A stretch of DNA of 32,000 nt from Thaumarchaeota archaeon CSP1-1 (GTDB taxonomy: Archaea > Thermoproteota > Nitrososphaeria > Nitrososphaerales > Nitrosopumilaceae). Of this stretch, positions 16,995-26,891 are shown one piece after another. The DNA lies in assembly GCA_001443365.1 (NCBI GenBank), contig LDXL01000005.1, forward strand, positions 28,072-60,071. Direction: 5' to 3'. The translations under genes were made by a program, and so were the position numbers. Position 1 is the first letter of the stretch, and each line of letters starts with the position of its first letter. The notes below the pieces were generated by a model. The model did no database searches and was not told the origin of the DNA. It saw only the letters and a program-made list of their open reading frames with translations.

Positions 16995-18740
16995 ATGACA
17001 GAATCTTACAGTGATGTTTCCAAGATCCATAAACGATATTCACTAACATTACTAAATCCCTCTTCATTTTATCATTCATTAATAATTTCAATTATTATTG
17101 CATCAGTACTTGTAACGTTAACTGTATCAGTCTATCTGGAAAGTGAAGATATTGTTTTTAGACTGCTTGCTGTTCTAGGAACCCTTTTGGTAACACAAAT
17201 CATTGACTCTCGCTTTACCAGAAACAAAGAGTATTCTAAAGCATTACACATGTCGCTTTTTGGAAATAGTCTTTGGTTGCTTACTGCGGTATCTGGTCTT
17301 TTGGCTTCTCTTATAATATCTAGAGAAGAGATTCCCTTTCTTTTCATTACAGTTGGAATGTTTTTGTTTGCAAGCTTTAGAATTGGAATATTCACAACTG
17401 TTCTTGGCACTAACATACGCAAGGCCTGGCTTGTATGTTTCTTACAACCAATGGCAATGTTTTTAGCACTAGTACCAATCGATATGTGGATTCCAGTTTT
17501 AACTAATTATCAGGCTATAGCATATGGTACAACATTTTTGATATTAGCCTCGTCTTGGTCTATCCTTACTGATAGGGCAGGAATGCCTGGTGTCAAGAGC
17601 ACTCATAAATTGATACAAGCTTATCTTTCATCCTTATCAAAAAATAATCCATCCGAGGTTGAAAATATTCTTACTGAACGTGCAAAAGTATCCAAAGTTT
17701 CGACGTCACAAATTAGATTTCATACAAAGAACGCAAATAGAGAATTTAGATTAGTTTTACCTGATATTCATCCTGGACCATTTCATCCAGTAGGAGGAAG
17801 CAATATCCCATACCTGATTTATAAAAATCTTGGTTCATCAGCAATGGTGCTGCATAGCGTTTCAAACCATTCTCTAAATTTACCTTCACAAACAGAAGTA
17901 TCTCAATATCTTGAGAGTTTATCAAAATATTCTGTAGCACAGGAAGGATTGAACTGTACTGAACCTGTTACAGTTCAGATTAACAATGCCCGTTGTGTAG
18001 GATTACTTTTTGGTAAAACCGCACTCTTGTTTTTGTCTCTTTCTCCACATGGAATGGAGGACTTGCCACTACATGTAAAAAGTGAGATTGAACAGTTTTC
18101 AAAAAATCGTAACTTTGGTCAAGTCTTAATTGTAGATTGTCACAATGCAATGGGAGAAGAAATATCTCAAAACAATTCAGAAGATCTTTTAACTGCATCA
18201 AAATCTTGTCTTGACACGTTGATGACTAAAGAGACATATCCTTTAGAATTTGGTTATGCAAATTCTAAAGATATGGATATTAAAGCGCCAGATCTTGCAC
18301 TTGGTGGAATTGGAATTTTGTGTCTTCGCACAAATAATAAAAAATATTTTCTAGGGTGGGCCGACGCAAATAATATGGAAAATGGGGTTAGAGAAGCAGT
18401 AGTGAACCATTTTTCAAAAAATGGATATGACCTAATAGAAATTTGTACATCTGATACGCATTACACCACACAAGGTGTGAGAAATAGAAATGGATACTAT
18501 CAATTTGGGTTGGTCACAAAACCTCAAGACATGGCAAATTGGTATCTTGAAATTGCCAAAGAATCTGAAAAAAACATAGAGCCAGCTTCCTTTGAAATTT
18601 TAGAAAACGAAGCCAATGTTAAAGTGATGGGGCCAACTATATTTCGGGATTATTCTAGAGCAGTAGACAAAACTATGAATTTAACTAAAGGATTTCTATC
18701 TGCATGTTCAGCATTTTTTCTTCTAACTATGTTTCTATAG
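16995..18740 (+). CDS. DUF2070-family polytopic membrane protein
   Basis: 581 aa; N-terminal TM cluster, then FRLVLPDIHPGPFHPVGGSNIPYLIYKNLG, VDCHNAMGEE, ICTSDTHYTTQGVRNRNGYYQFG; C-terminal TM. Confidence 0.88.
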   Translation: MTESYSDVSKIHKRYSLTLLNPSSFYHSLIISIIIASVLVTLTVSVYLESEDIVFRLLAVLGTLLVTQIIDSRFTRNKEYSKALHMSLFGNSLWLLTAVSGLLASLIISREEIPFLFITVGMFLFASFRIGIFTTVLGTNIRKAWLVCFLQPMAMFLALVPIDMWIPVLTNYQAIAYGTTFLILASSWSILTDRAGMPGVKSTHKLIQAYLSSLSKNNPSEVENILTERAKVSKVSTSQIRFHTKNANREFRLVLPDIHPGPFHPVGGSNIPYLIYKNLGSSAMVLHSVSNHSLNLPSQTEVSQYLESLSKYSVAQEGLNCTEPVTVQINNARCVGLLFGKTALLFLSLSPHGMEDLPLHVKSEIEQFSKNRNFGQVLIVDCHNAMGEEISQNNSEDLLTASKSCLDTLMTKETYPLEFGYANSKDMDIKAPDLALGGIGILCLRTNNKKYFLGWADANNMENGVREAVVNHFSKNGYDLIEICTSDTHYTTQGVRNRNGYYQFGLVTKPQDMANWYLEIAKESEKNIEPASFEILENEANVKVMGPTIFRDYSRAVDKTMNLTKGFLSACSAFFLLTMFL

Positions 18741-19356
18741 TCTTCAAGTCATCCAAATTCCCATAAAATTCATCTAAAAACGAAGAAAATTGTAAGATAG
18801 GAATTATTGGTACATTATCGATAAAACTAATTTCTTCTTGGTATAAGGTTACTATTGCTGGCACAGCTATTGTCCCTTGAGTTTTTCCTACGTAATGCTT
18901 CACCCGTGCAACCTGTTTTTTTACTATCTCTCTAAGAGTCGACGAACTCATCCTCTTCCAATGCTTACAGTCAATGAGAACTGCCACCCCGTGATTGATT
19001 CCAATTACATCTATTTCCATTCGTGGCTTGGTTAATACAAGATTTTTAATGATATCAAAGTTCTTTGATTCTAATATCTCGGCTACAAGGCCTTCAAAAT
19101 CCTTCCAATTCAAATAAATGGAAACATCATCAATTGGAGCCCCTTGGCTGATTGCAAAAAGAGCGGCTTTTAGTTTATCTTCTGGATTGAAATTAACATT
19201 TTCTCCTTCAAAAGAACCTATTTTATTTGCAACCAAAACATTGAGAATTTCTTTTGCAGAAATTTGATCTGTTTGTGCAACTATTGCAAAATCTATAACC
19301 GAAATTCCCCCTGGGATTACCCCCGTTATTCCTCTTGTAAGTGGTTTTAATTGCAA
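18727..19356 (-). CDS. restriction-endonuclease-like (PD-(D/E)XK / Mrr-type) protein
   Basis: WKDFEGLVAEILESKNFDIIKNLVLTKPRMEIDVIGINHGVAVLIDCKHWKR: E...D-(x)n-DCK arrangement typical of the fold. Confidence 0.75.
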   Translation of the reverse strand: MQLKPLTRGITGVIPGGISVIDFAIVAQTDQISAKEILNVLVANKIGSFEGENVNFNPEDKLKAALFAISQGAPIDDVSIYLNWKDFEGLVAEILESKNFDIIKNLVLTKPRMEIDVIGINHGVAVLIDCKHWKRMSSSTLREIVKKQVARVKHYVGKTQGTIAVPAIVTLYQEEISFIDNVPIIPILQFSSFLDEFYGNLDDLKTIET

Positions 19357-19446
19357 TGTATTTTCATATTGAATTTTCTTTTTTAAATTTTAAGTGTTAA
19401 TATTCATCAAAATAGTTTATGACCTTGGAACCTTATATTACAGCCA

Positions 19447-21936
19447 TTGCACACGCATGTCATGAAACTCTTACTTGCCATACTATTTGGCATGTTAAGT
19501 ATTCAGATTGCATCAGCTGACAAAGGAACCTTTGTTGATGAGATACAGTTCATTCAATATCTTGATGAAAACACTGCTCTAGAAGAAGTACGAAATGGTA
19601 ACTTGGATCTATACTATTACAGAATTTCCTCAGACAGAATTGACAGCGTAAAGTCTCGTGAGGGATTACAAGTTTATGAATCAACTGGAGGTTCCTATAG
19701 TATTCTTATCAACCCTGCAGAGTCAGAAAAATTTAATCCTTTTTCAATTAAAGAAGTAAGATTTGCACTAAACTATCTGGTCGATAGAAAATTAATTGTA
19801 AACGAACTAATGGGAGGATATGGCACAACAATGATTTCAAATTATGGACCATTTGATCCAGATTATTTATTCATCGTTGATGAGTTAGAGTCATTTCATT
19901 TTAGATATAACCCTGCTTTGGCTGAAGAAATGATTTCAAAAGCGCTAACAGATGCAGGTGCAAAAAAAATTGATGGTAAATGGACATTTGATAATAAGGA
20001 AATAGAATTAATTGCGTTCATTAGAAGTGATGATCCAGTAAGAAAGTCGATAGGTGAGATACTATCATCTGAGTTAGAAAAAATCGGCTTTAAAGTGATA
20101 AAAGATTTTGGTGATCTTAACAAGGCCTTCGTTAACGTTTACGGTTCAAATCCATCAGATATGAAATGGAGTTTCTACACAGAAGGTTGGGGAGGTCGTT
20201 CTGCATTTGTAAAATATGATCCGTTGAGTCTTGGCCAAATGTACTCTCCATGGTTCTCAAATATGCCTGGATTTAATGACCCCTCGTATTGGAACTATCA
20301 AAATGATTACATGGATTCATTAACACAAAAAATCTATACGGGAAATTTCAGCTCAGCTGAAGAACGCATAGACCTATTCCGGAAAGCCACAGCTGAGGGG
20401 ATTAGGGAATCTGTGAGAATTTTTCTGGCAAGTAAAATTGACCAATATGTGGTAAATGAGAAGATTGATGGAATAATCAATGATTTTGGTGCTGGCGTTC
20501 CATCTAGGTTTACTCCAATTAATGCTAGGACTGATTCAAATTCCCTTACAATAGGTGTAAAGCAAATCTATCAAGGCGCATGGAATCCAGTAATGGGAAT
20601 CAGTGATATCTACAGCAGACAAATTTGGGATGCCTTGTATGATCCTGGTGTTTTCAAACATCCATACACCGGTAATACTATTCCGATTAGAACAAATTTC
20701 ACAGTTGAAACTGCTGGTCCTGCTGGCAAATTAGATGTTCCAGAAAATGCTATCACATGGGATCCAAAATTACAAAAGTGGAGTACGGTTAAAGCAGGCA
20801 CTCAAGCTACAAGCAAAGTAATCTTTGATCTTGAATTTAGTAAGTGGCATCATGGTATGCAAATGGACATGAATGATGTTTTACATTCTCTATATTTTAC
20901 ATTAGAGTGGGGCTCTGAACAACAAGAGGATGATAAAACGTTTGATGCAGAGTATACTCCTCGTGCTGCTCAAACTGTTCAAACATTAATTGGAGTTAGG
21001 CCAGTTGATGAAAATACACTTGAGGTATATGTTGACTATTGGCATTTTGATGAAGCAGAAATTGCAGATTGGGCTAGTTTGTGGAGTTCTGAACCATGGG
21101 AATTAATGACTGCAATGGAACAAGCAGTAATCGATGGTAAGGTCTCATTTTCACGTTCTGGGTCTGTAAGCAAAAATGTGAATTGGCTTTCTTTAATTGT
21201 ACCAAATGATGCTGAAATTATTCGTCAATATCTGCTTGACTTCAAAGATTCTGGTTTTGAGCCACCGGCACTAGCCACCTTTGATTTGCCACATAGCTAT
21301 TTTGATTCAAGATACGACGCTTCAATAAAATGGATTGACGAATACAATCATGCAGTAATTAGTAACGGCCCATTTTATTTGAAAAGTTACTCTCCAGAAT
21401 CAAGAACTATCACCATCAAGGCTTTTGCCGATGAAAGCTATCCATTTGAAGCTGGGCATTGGCAAGAATTTGAAAAAATTAAGTTTCCAAAAATAGTTCA
21501 AGTTGATATTCCTGATGTCATAAAGAAAGGTGATATCTTAACAATCCCAATTTCCACGCAAGACACATCAAAAATTGATTATTTTTTCACAAATTCACAA
21601 GGTGATTCGGTAGCCTCAGGCACGCAGTTAGTAGATTTTGGAAAAACCATCTTGACTCTGTCTGAAGAACAGACTGACAAATTTGGGATTGGCGCAAATG
21701 ACTTGAAGGTTTTTGCAGTATCTGAATCTGTTCTAAGACCTGACATCTATAGTGTTAGCTTTCTTGCAGTAAGTGATTCTACCCAATTACCAGAAATGTC
21801 TCTTACTGATATTCAAAACGCTGAGGAAAAAAATGAATACGTATCAATAACTGCGATTGTTATAGGAATTATTATTGTAGTGTCAATTTTGTATTTGAGG
21901 CGTTCTAGAAAAAAATCACAAATAGTTAGAAAATAA
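19447..21936 (+). CDS. ABC-type family 5 (oligopeptide-type) extracellular solute-binding protein with C-terminal TM anchor
   Basis: Signal peptide (MKLLLAILFGMLSIQIASA), FSIKEVRFALNYLVDRKLIVNELMGGYG; C-terminal EYVSITAIVIGIIIVVSILYLRRSRKKS. Likely start at the internal ATG, 19462. Confidence 0.9.
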   Translation: MHTHVMKLLLAILFGMLSIQIASADKGTFVDEIQFIQYLDENTALEEVRNGNLDLYYYRISSDRIDSVKSREGLQVYESTGGSYSILINPAESEKFNPFSIKEVRFALNYLVDRKLIVNELMGGYGTTMISNYGPFDPDYLFIVDELESFHFRYNPALAEEMISKALTDAGAKKIDGKWTFDNKEIELIAFIRSDDPVRKSIGEILSSELEKIGFKVIKDFGDLNKAFVNVYGSNPSDMKWSFYTEGWGGRSAFVKYDPLSLGQMYSPWFSNMPGFNDPSYWNYQNDYMDSLTQKIYTGNFSSAEERIDLFRKATAEGIRESVRIFLASKIDQYVVNEKIDGIINDFGAGVPSRFTPINARTDSNSLTIGVKQIYQGAWNPVMGISDIYSRQIWDALYDPGVFKHPYTGNTIPIRTNFTVETAGPAGKLDVPENAITWDPKLQKWSTVKAGTQATSKVIFDLEFSKWHHGMQMDMNDVLHSLYFTLEWGSEQQEDDKTFDAEYTPRAAQTVQTLIGVRPVDENTLEVYVDYWHFDEAEIADWASLWSSEPWELMTAMEQAVIDGKVSFSRSGSVSKNVNWLSLIVPNDAEIIRQYLLDFKDSGFEPPALATFDLPHSYFDSRYDASIKWIDEYNHAVISNGPFYLKSYSPESRTITIKAFADESYPFEAGHWQEFEKIKFPKIVQVDIPDVIKKGDILTIPISTQDTSKIDYFFTNSQGDSVASGTQLVDFGKTILTLSEEQTDKFGIGANDLKVFAVSESVLRPDIYSVSFLAVSDSTQLPEMSLTDIQNAEEKNEYVSITAIVIGIIIVVSILYLRRSRKKSQIVRK

Positions 21937-21937
21937 T

Positions 21938-22588
21938 TTATTTTGTTCCAATAATAAATAGAGTACCAAATTCTTGCTTCCATTTTTTGCGATTCGAAGG
22001 ATCTTTAACCTGTTTGGTTTTAGTTTTAAATCCAATTTCTTCAAACGTTTTTTTCCACTGTTTTTTTGATCTTAAATCAAGAGGCAATTTCATCATTTCA
22101 GACCAATGTGTAGTTGCTTTGTTATCGCTATAGAAATCTGTTCCACAAAAAAACTGCCCTCCAGGTTTGAGTAATCTATAGATTTTTTTCAACCCAGATT
22201 CCATTGGCGACAAATAATACAAAGACTCCATTGAAAAAATATAATCAAATTTATTACGAAACTTCCACGATTGAATATCCGCCTTCAAATACAATTCTTT
22301 TAAGGATTTCTTTTTAGAATTAGCTTTTGTAATCATATTTTTACTCTTGTCAATTCCTACTGCCTTTTTGCAATTCTTTAGTTGGGCAATTTTCCTTACT
22401 ACCCATCCATTCCCACATCCAACATCAAGAAAAGAAAACGGTTTATCAAATGGCACAGAATTTAAAAATTTGAGTACGGTTTTGGAGTGTTCTTTTTCCA
22501 TTAATTCAGATCTTCCACTAATTGCCCACTCATCAAATGTTATTCTGACCTTATCCATTTGATCTTCAAACATTTTTTTCCATTTCAA
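21938..22588 (-). CDS. class I SAM-dependent methyltransferase
   Basis: FSFLDVGCGNGWVVRKIAQL (motif I), KAVGIDKSKNMITKA, FDYIFSMESLYYL, GLKKIYRLLKPGGQFFCGTDF. Confidence 0.9.
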   Translation of the reverse strand: MKWKKMFEDQMDKVRITFDEWAISGRSELMEKEHSKTVLKFLNSVPFDKPFSFLDVGCGNGWVVRKIAQLKNCKKAVGIDKSKNMITKANSKKKSLKELYLKADIQSWKFRNKFDYIFSMESLYYLSPMESGLKKIYRLLKPGGQFFCGTDFYSDNKATTHWSEMMKLPLDLRSKKQWKKTFEEIGFKTKTKQVKDPSNRKKWKQEFGTLFIIGTK

Positions 22589-22671
22589 TGTTGAGTTGAT
22601 TAGTAGCTTTTGTATGAACGAATTCTACTCAAGCCTTAAATCCAAAATTCGTAAAGCAAAGCCGAAACGAA

Positions 22672-22890
22672 TTGCCAGATGAATCATGTAGAAAATGTGG
22701 TGGAAATCTCATTGATTGTAGTCTATGTGCCCAATGCAAAGGGGTTATAGGCATGATTTGTGTTTCATGCGGAACAAGAACCATGGAGCAATTTCATGAT
22801 TCGTGCCTGTATCTGGTTGAACAGATTCAGACTACAACTGACCGTAATCAGAATGGATACCTTTTCCAAAAAATAATATCGCTTACCTAA
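22672..22890 (+). CDS. small Cys-rich zinc-ribbon-like hypothetical protein
   Basis: 72 aa with CRKC, CSLCAQC, CVSC pairs; divergent from the methyltransferase gene. Confidence 0.65.
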   Translation: MPDESCRKCGGNLIDCSLCAQCKGVIGMICVSCGTRTMEQFHDSCLYLVEQIQTTTDRNQNGYLFQKIISLT

Positions 22891-24116
22891 ATTCCATCTT
22901 TACTCTTTGAGCCTTTGACAATATTGAAAAGATGTCTTACGGCTAGTTTTGGGTGGTGGGCTGCCAGCTTTACCATATTTGTTAAACCAAAGTCTGCTTT
23001 GATAAAATCAATAAACTCATCAGGAGTTAATTTCCCAATAATTTCAATTTCTTTATCCCACTCTTCATCCGATAAACCAATCCATCTATCTTGTATCTTA
23101 GATGCAGAGTTTATTTTTGCTTTAATTGCTTTTTTCCAATTTTCTTCATACTTTTTTAGTGATTTTTCTGATGTATCGCCAGACTTTATTGCATTAGCTG
23201 AAACTTCTCCTGCAACTCTTCCAAACATTATCGCATATCTTATGCCCTCTAATACAAGTGGATTTGCTTGTCCTGCTGAATCCCCAACAAGTATCAAATT
23301 ATCATAAACTGTTTTTCGAGATAGTCCATCATTTGGAATTAAACCATAATGAAATTCAATTGGAGTAATTTTTCCTAGATTTTTAATTGGACCTGGTTTT
23401 TTTTCCATAAGTTCTTTTAGTCTTTCAGTAGGATCTATTGATGATTCAGGTTTTCCCACTCCTACTCCTATTCGAATAATATTTTTACTAACAGGAAAAA
23501 TCCACGCATAGCCTGCTGGCGAATATTGCTGTCCAACCATTAGCCACCATGTATCCGAGTCAACATGCTCAGCATATGCTTCATATTCAGCACCTGCTCC
23601 AAATCTTTCCCACTGTGTTACTACACCCAAAGATTTCGCCACAACTGACTGAAAACCGCTTGCATCAATTACTATTTTGGAATTAAAAACACAATTCTCC
23701 TTTGAGGATGTTTTAACTCCAGAAATTTTTCCTTGATTATTTCTAATGACATCGGTAACATTAGTTTTTACAAAAATATCTGCGCCTTCTTTTGCTGCTT
23801 GCTCAGCAAGCCATTGATACGTTTTTCTTACATCTAGTACCACTGCTCTTGGTTTTGAATCCCTAACTGAAACTTGGTTGTTTGGTGAACAAAATGAATA
23901 ATTTTTTATCTCATTATAGCAGTCTGGAGGAATTCCAAATTTTTTTACATCTTTAATCCATGTAACTCCGCTAGTTCTAACACTTTGAGAAATACACTCT
24001 TCTTTTTCTAAAAGTGCTACTTTGACTCCATTTTTTGCAGCAGCAAAAGCCGCTGAAGAACCTGCTGGGCCTCCTCCTACAACAACAATGTCATAATCTA
24101 ATTCTTTAGATACCAT
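22887..24116 (-). CDS. geranylgeranyl reductase family FAD-dependent protein (archaeal lipid saturation candidate)
   Basis: VVVGGGPAGSSAAFAAAKNGVKVALLEKE, VVIDASG-type segment (KIVIDASGFQS), GYAWIFPVSKNIIRIGVGVG, NLILVGDSAGQANPLVLEGIRYAI. Confidence 0.92.
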   Translation of the reverse strand: MVSKELDYDIVVVGGGPAGSSAAFAAAKNGVKVALLEKEECISQSVRTSGVTWIKDVKKFGIPPDCYNEIKNYSFCSPNNQVSVRDSKPRAVVLDVRKTYQWLAEQAAKEGADIFVKTNVTDVIRNNQGKISGVKTSSKENCVFNSKIVIDASGFQSVVAKSLGVVTQWERFGAGAEYEAYAEHVDSDTWWLMVGQQYSPAGYAWIFPVSKNIIRIGVGVGKPESSIDPTERLKELMEKKPGPIKNLGKITPIEFHYGLIPNDGLSRKTVYDNLILVGDSAGQANPLVLEGIRYAIMFGRVAGEVSANAIKSGDTSEKSLKKYEENWKKAIKAKINSASKIQDRWIGLSDEEWDKEIEIIGKLTPDEFIDFIKADFGLTNMVKLAAHHPKLAVRHLFNIVKGSKSKDGI

Positions 24117-24163
24117 CAGCTTTCAATCTTTTCAATAACAAAAACCCAATGTAATTAAAGAAA

Positions 24164-24373
24164 TTATCTTTTGAGCACTGGCTTTCCAGCCCCATCAGTA
24201 TCTCTTTCTGAATCCATCGATTTCTGCTCGCTTTTTTCCCTATGCATATAACTATGGGTTGCTCCTTCCTTTTTCCGGCAGAATTTGCTGTGGATAGATT
24301 CCTCAACCTTTAAGGTATCTTCATTTTCATGGAACATACGTTTCCCACAATCTGGACATAGAGCTTCTGGCAT
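24164..24373 (-). CDS. small C2HC zinc-finger-like hypothetical protein
   Basis: 69 aa with CPDCGKRMF...HSKFC. Overlapping frame 24106..24306 lacks recognisable motifs. Confidence 0.5.
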   Translation of the reverse strand: MPEALCPDCGKRMFHENEDTLKVEESIHSKFCRKKEGATHSYMHREKSEQKSMDSERDTDGAGKPVLKR

Positions 24374-24474
24374 GATCTTTGAGGGAAATCAAATGTATTT
24401 ATTTTATTCCTAACAGTCAAAACCCATTAATTCTAAAACTAGCGTTCTAATAGTTTGATAGTTTCTAAATAATA

Positions 24475-24600
24475 TGGCAGAACCCGAGATAGTACCATTT
24501 GCAGTATGGTCTCTAACTACCATTGCGATTGTAATAGTTACTGGCCTTTCTTATAGGGTCTATTCTAGGAGAAAACCCAATGCGCCATCTTCATCTTGAA
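24475..24600 (+). CDS. 41-aa single-pass membrane micro-protein (absent from ORF track)
   Basis: Manual translation: MAEPEIVPFAVWSLTTIAIVIVTGLSYRVYSRRKPNAPSSS*. One TM then a basic tail; overlaps the DUF99 gene start. Confidence 0.5.
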
Positions 24601-25152
24601 AAAAAAGGATTACGAGGATTAGCTATCGCAGAAAGTTTTACTCAAAATTCAAAAAAATCAGTTCTTGCAGGTGTCGTAATGCGACGAGATTTTGTAATTG
24701 ATGGATTTGTTTTTGGTAACTCAACCTTGGAAGGAGATGATGCAACAGAGGTAATATTGTCAATGTACAAAAAACTTGAAAGACCCGATATTAGCTATTT
24801 GCTTATTTCTGGAATCATCATCTCGATGTATAACATTGTAGATTTGAAAAAAATTTCTGAATCATTAAACATTCCAGTAATTGGCGTTACCTACAAAGAG
24901 TCTGAAGGCATTGATGACGCAATTAAACATCATTTTCCAAACTCATATGAAACTAAACTAAAAGAATACAAAGAATTAGGAGATCGTGAACAAATTACTC
25001 TTCATACATCATACGATGTTTACGTGAGAAAAGAAGGATGCAGCATTTCTGATGTGAAGCATCTGCTAAATGAGCTCACTCTTCAAGGATCGTTTCCTGA
25101 GCCATTACGGGTTGCACAATTACTTGCAAAGACCTTGCTTCAGGAAAACTAG
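24580..25152 (+). CDS. DUF99-family protein (endonuclease V-related, 'endonuclease dU' annotation family)
   Basis: GLAIAESF, VLAGVVMRRDFVIDGFVFGNSTLEGDDATEVILSMYKKLERPDISYLLISGIIISMYNIVDLKKI, PVIGVTYKESEGIDDAIKHHF. Confidence 0.9.
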   Translation: MRHLHLEKKGLRGLAIAESFTQNSKKSVLAGVVMRRDFVIDGFVFGNSTLEGDDATEVILSMYKKLERPDISYLLISGIIISMYNIVDLKKISESLNIPVIGVTYKESEGIDDAIKHHFPNSYETKLKEYKELGDREQITLHTSYDVYVRKEGCSISDVKHLLNELTLQGSFPEPLRVAQLLAKTLLQEN

Positions 25153-25910
25153 CCTTCTGAAGCTGTTTTGCCACCATCTACATTAAGAATTGTTCCAGTA
25201 ATCCAGTTTGCTTCATCTGAAGCCAAGTACAAGACTGCATTTGCAACATCTACAGGTTGTCCAATTCTATTCAAAGGCAATCTATCTTCCAGAACTTTTC
25301 TGGCTTGAGGATCATCTAGATACGGTTTAATCATTCCGGAATTAATTATACCAGGATTTACACAGTTACATCGAACATTTGATCTTGCATACTCTACTGC
25401 AATTGCTTTTGTAAACATACTAATTGCTGCCTTTGTAGCTGAATAAACTGCCAAATGCACTTTTGGAATAGCACGTTCGCTTGAGATTGAACCTATATTG
25501 ATAATACACCCATTCTTGTTTTCACGCATATTTGGGAGAACAGCTTTAGTCATCTTAAAAACACCATACATGTTTACATCAATCAATTTTGTTATTTCAG
25601 AATCAGGCATTTCGTGAAAGTGAATTGGATCATTTATAGCTCCTGCACTATTTACCAAAATGTCAATACTGCCATACTTGTTAAGAATTTGTTCAACTGT
25701 CTGAAGCACTTGTGCTTCATCTGTAATGTCACACTGCATAGATACTGTGGCATTTTTATTACTAATTGTAGTTCTTGCCTTTTCAAGTGAATCAAGTTTT
25801 CTTCCCAACAATACAACTTTTGCACCTTCTTCAACAAACCTCTTAACGATACTAATGCCAATTTCACTTGAGGCACCAGTTACAACTGCCACTTTGTCTT
25901 TGAGGCGCAT
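25149..25910 (-). CDS. SDR-family oxidoreductase (FabG-like)
   Basis: [59 protein letters not shown] (YxxxK), [27 protein letters not shown]. Confidence 0.93.
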   Translation of the reverse strand: MRLKDKVAVVTGASSEIGISIVKRFVEEGAKVVLLGRKLDSLEKARTTISNKNATVSMQCDITDEAQVLQTVEQILNKYGSIDILVNSAGAINDPIHFHEMPDSEITKLIDVNMYGVFKMTKAVLPNMRENKNGCIINIGSISSERAIPKVHLAVYSATKAAISMFTKAIAVEYARSNVRCNCVNPGIINSGMIKPYLDDPQARKVLEDRLPLNRIGQPVDVANAVLYLASDEANWITGTILNVDGGKTASEG

Positions 25911-25948
25911 GTACCTATGATTATTCCAGTCATCTTAAATTAATTGTG

Positions 25949-26830
25949 CTAATCTACTAATTTCGCAGCTTTCTTTAGGTAGGCAAGGATTCCAGTATAA
26001 TCAAGATCCCCAAATCCTTCATCATTTGCTTTTTTGTAGATCTCATTTGCTTTTGTAGCCATTGGCAGTTTAAGACCAAATTCTTTGGCAGCTTCGTTAA
26101 TAGTGTCTAAATCTTTTTTTAAATTGCTTAGAGTAAATGTTGGAGAATATTCATCTTTTATCATATTGTATGCCTTATTTTCACTCATACCTGTTTTAAA
26201 GTATGTAGAATTTAAAATCGATAAAAATACCTCTGGGTCAACTCCAGCACCTCTTGCAAGAGTTATTCCTTCTGATAATGCAAGTGCAAGCATTCCAATT
26301 TGAAGATTCATTGCAAGCTTTACCGAATGAGCAGTACCATTTGGTCCAAGGAAAAATGTTTTGCTAGCTATGGTTTCAAAAATTTTTTTGTGCGTCTCAA
26401 ATGCATCTTTATCCCCTGCTGCCATTAATACTAATTTTCCAGTGATTGCAACATTAGGTCCTCCCATAACCGGAGTATCAAGCATTATAATTCCATGTTT
26501 ACTAAACTGTTTTGCAATTTCCTTAGATGCATTTGGATTAATTGTACTCATATCAGCTACAATCAAATCATCATGCTTGCCATCAACTATTCCGTCTTTT
26601 CCAAATGAGACATCCTTTACTGCATTAGCATCCTTTACTATTGTAATAACCAAATCTGATGATCTTGCAACATCTTTGGGTGAATCTACTACTGTGGCTC
26701 CATGATTTTTCAACTCTTCTGTTTTGCTTTTGGTTCGGTTGTAGACAGTTAATTGATATCCTGACTCTAATAGATGCAAACCAACTGCCTTACCTAACAT
26801 ACCTGTTCCAATTACACCAATTCGAGTCAC
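25949..26830 (-). CDS. NAD(P)-dependent beta-hydroxyacid (3-hydroxyisobutyrate-type) dehydrogenase family protein
   Basis: IGVIGTGMLGKAVGLHLLESGYQLTVYNRT, ADMSTINPNASKEIA, LDTPVMGGPNVAITGKLVLMAAGD, AHSVKLAMNL. Confidence 0.9.
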   Translation of the reverse strand: MTRIGVIGTGMLGKAVGLHLLESGYQLTVYNRTKSKTEELKNHGATVVDSPKDVARSSDLVITIVKDANAVKDVSFGKDGIVDGKHDDLIVADMSTINPNASKEIAKQFSKHGIIMLDTPVMGGPNVAITGKLVLMAAGDKDAFETHKKIFETIASKTFFLGPNGTAHSVKLAMNLQIGMLALALSEGITLARGAGVDPEVFLSILNSTYFKTGMSENKAYNMIKDEYSPTFTLSNLKKDLDTINEAAKEFGLKLPMATKANEIYKKANDEGFGDLDYTGILAYLKKAAKLVD

Positions 26831-26891
26831 AAGGTTTTTTGTTCTAAATGTGATTAAGTATCTTTCTGGAATTGAAACTAAAACAAAGCCT

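Noticed and set aside
24106-24306. Track ORF - 66 aa
   Set aside because: Overlaps 24164..24373 in another frame; the latter has a coherent CPDCG...HSKFC metal-ligand pattern, this one has none.
26085-26847. Antisense ORFs + 26085..26303, 26361..26705, 26659..26847
   Set aside because: Opposite a strongly supported dehydrogenase gene and lacking motifs.
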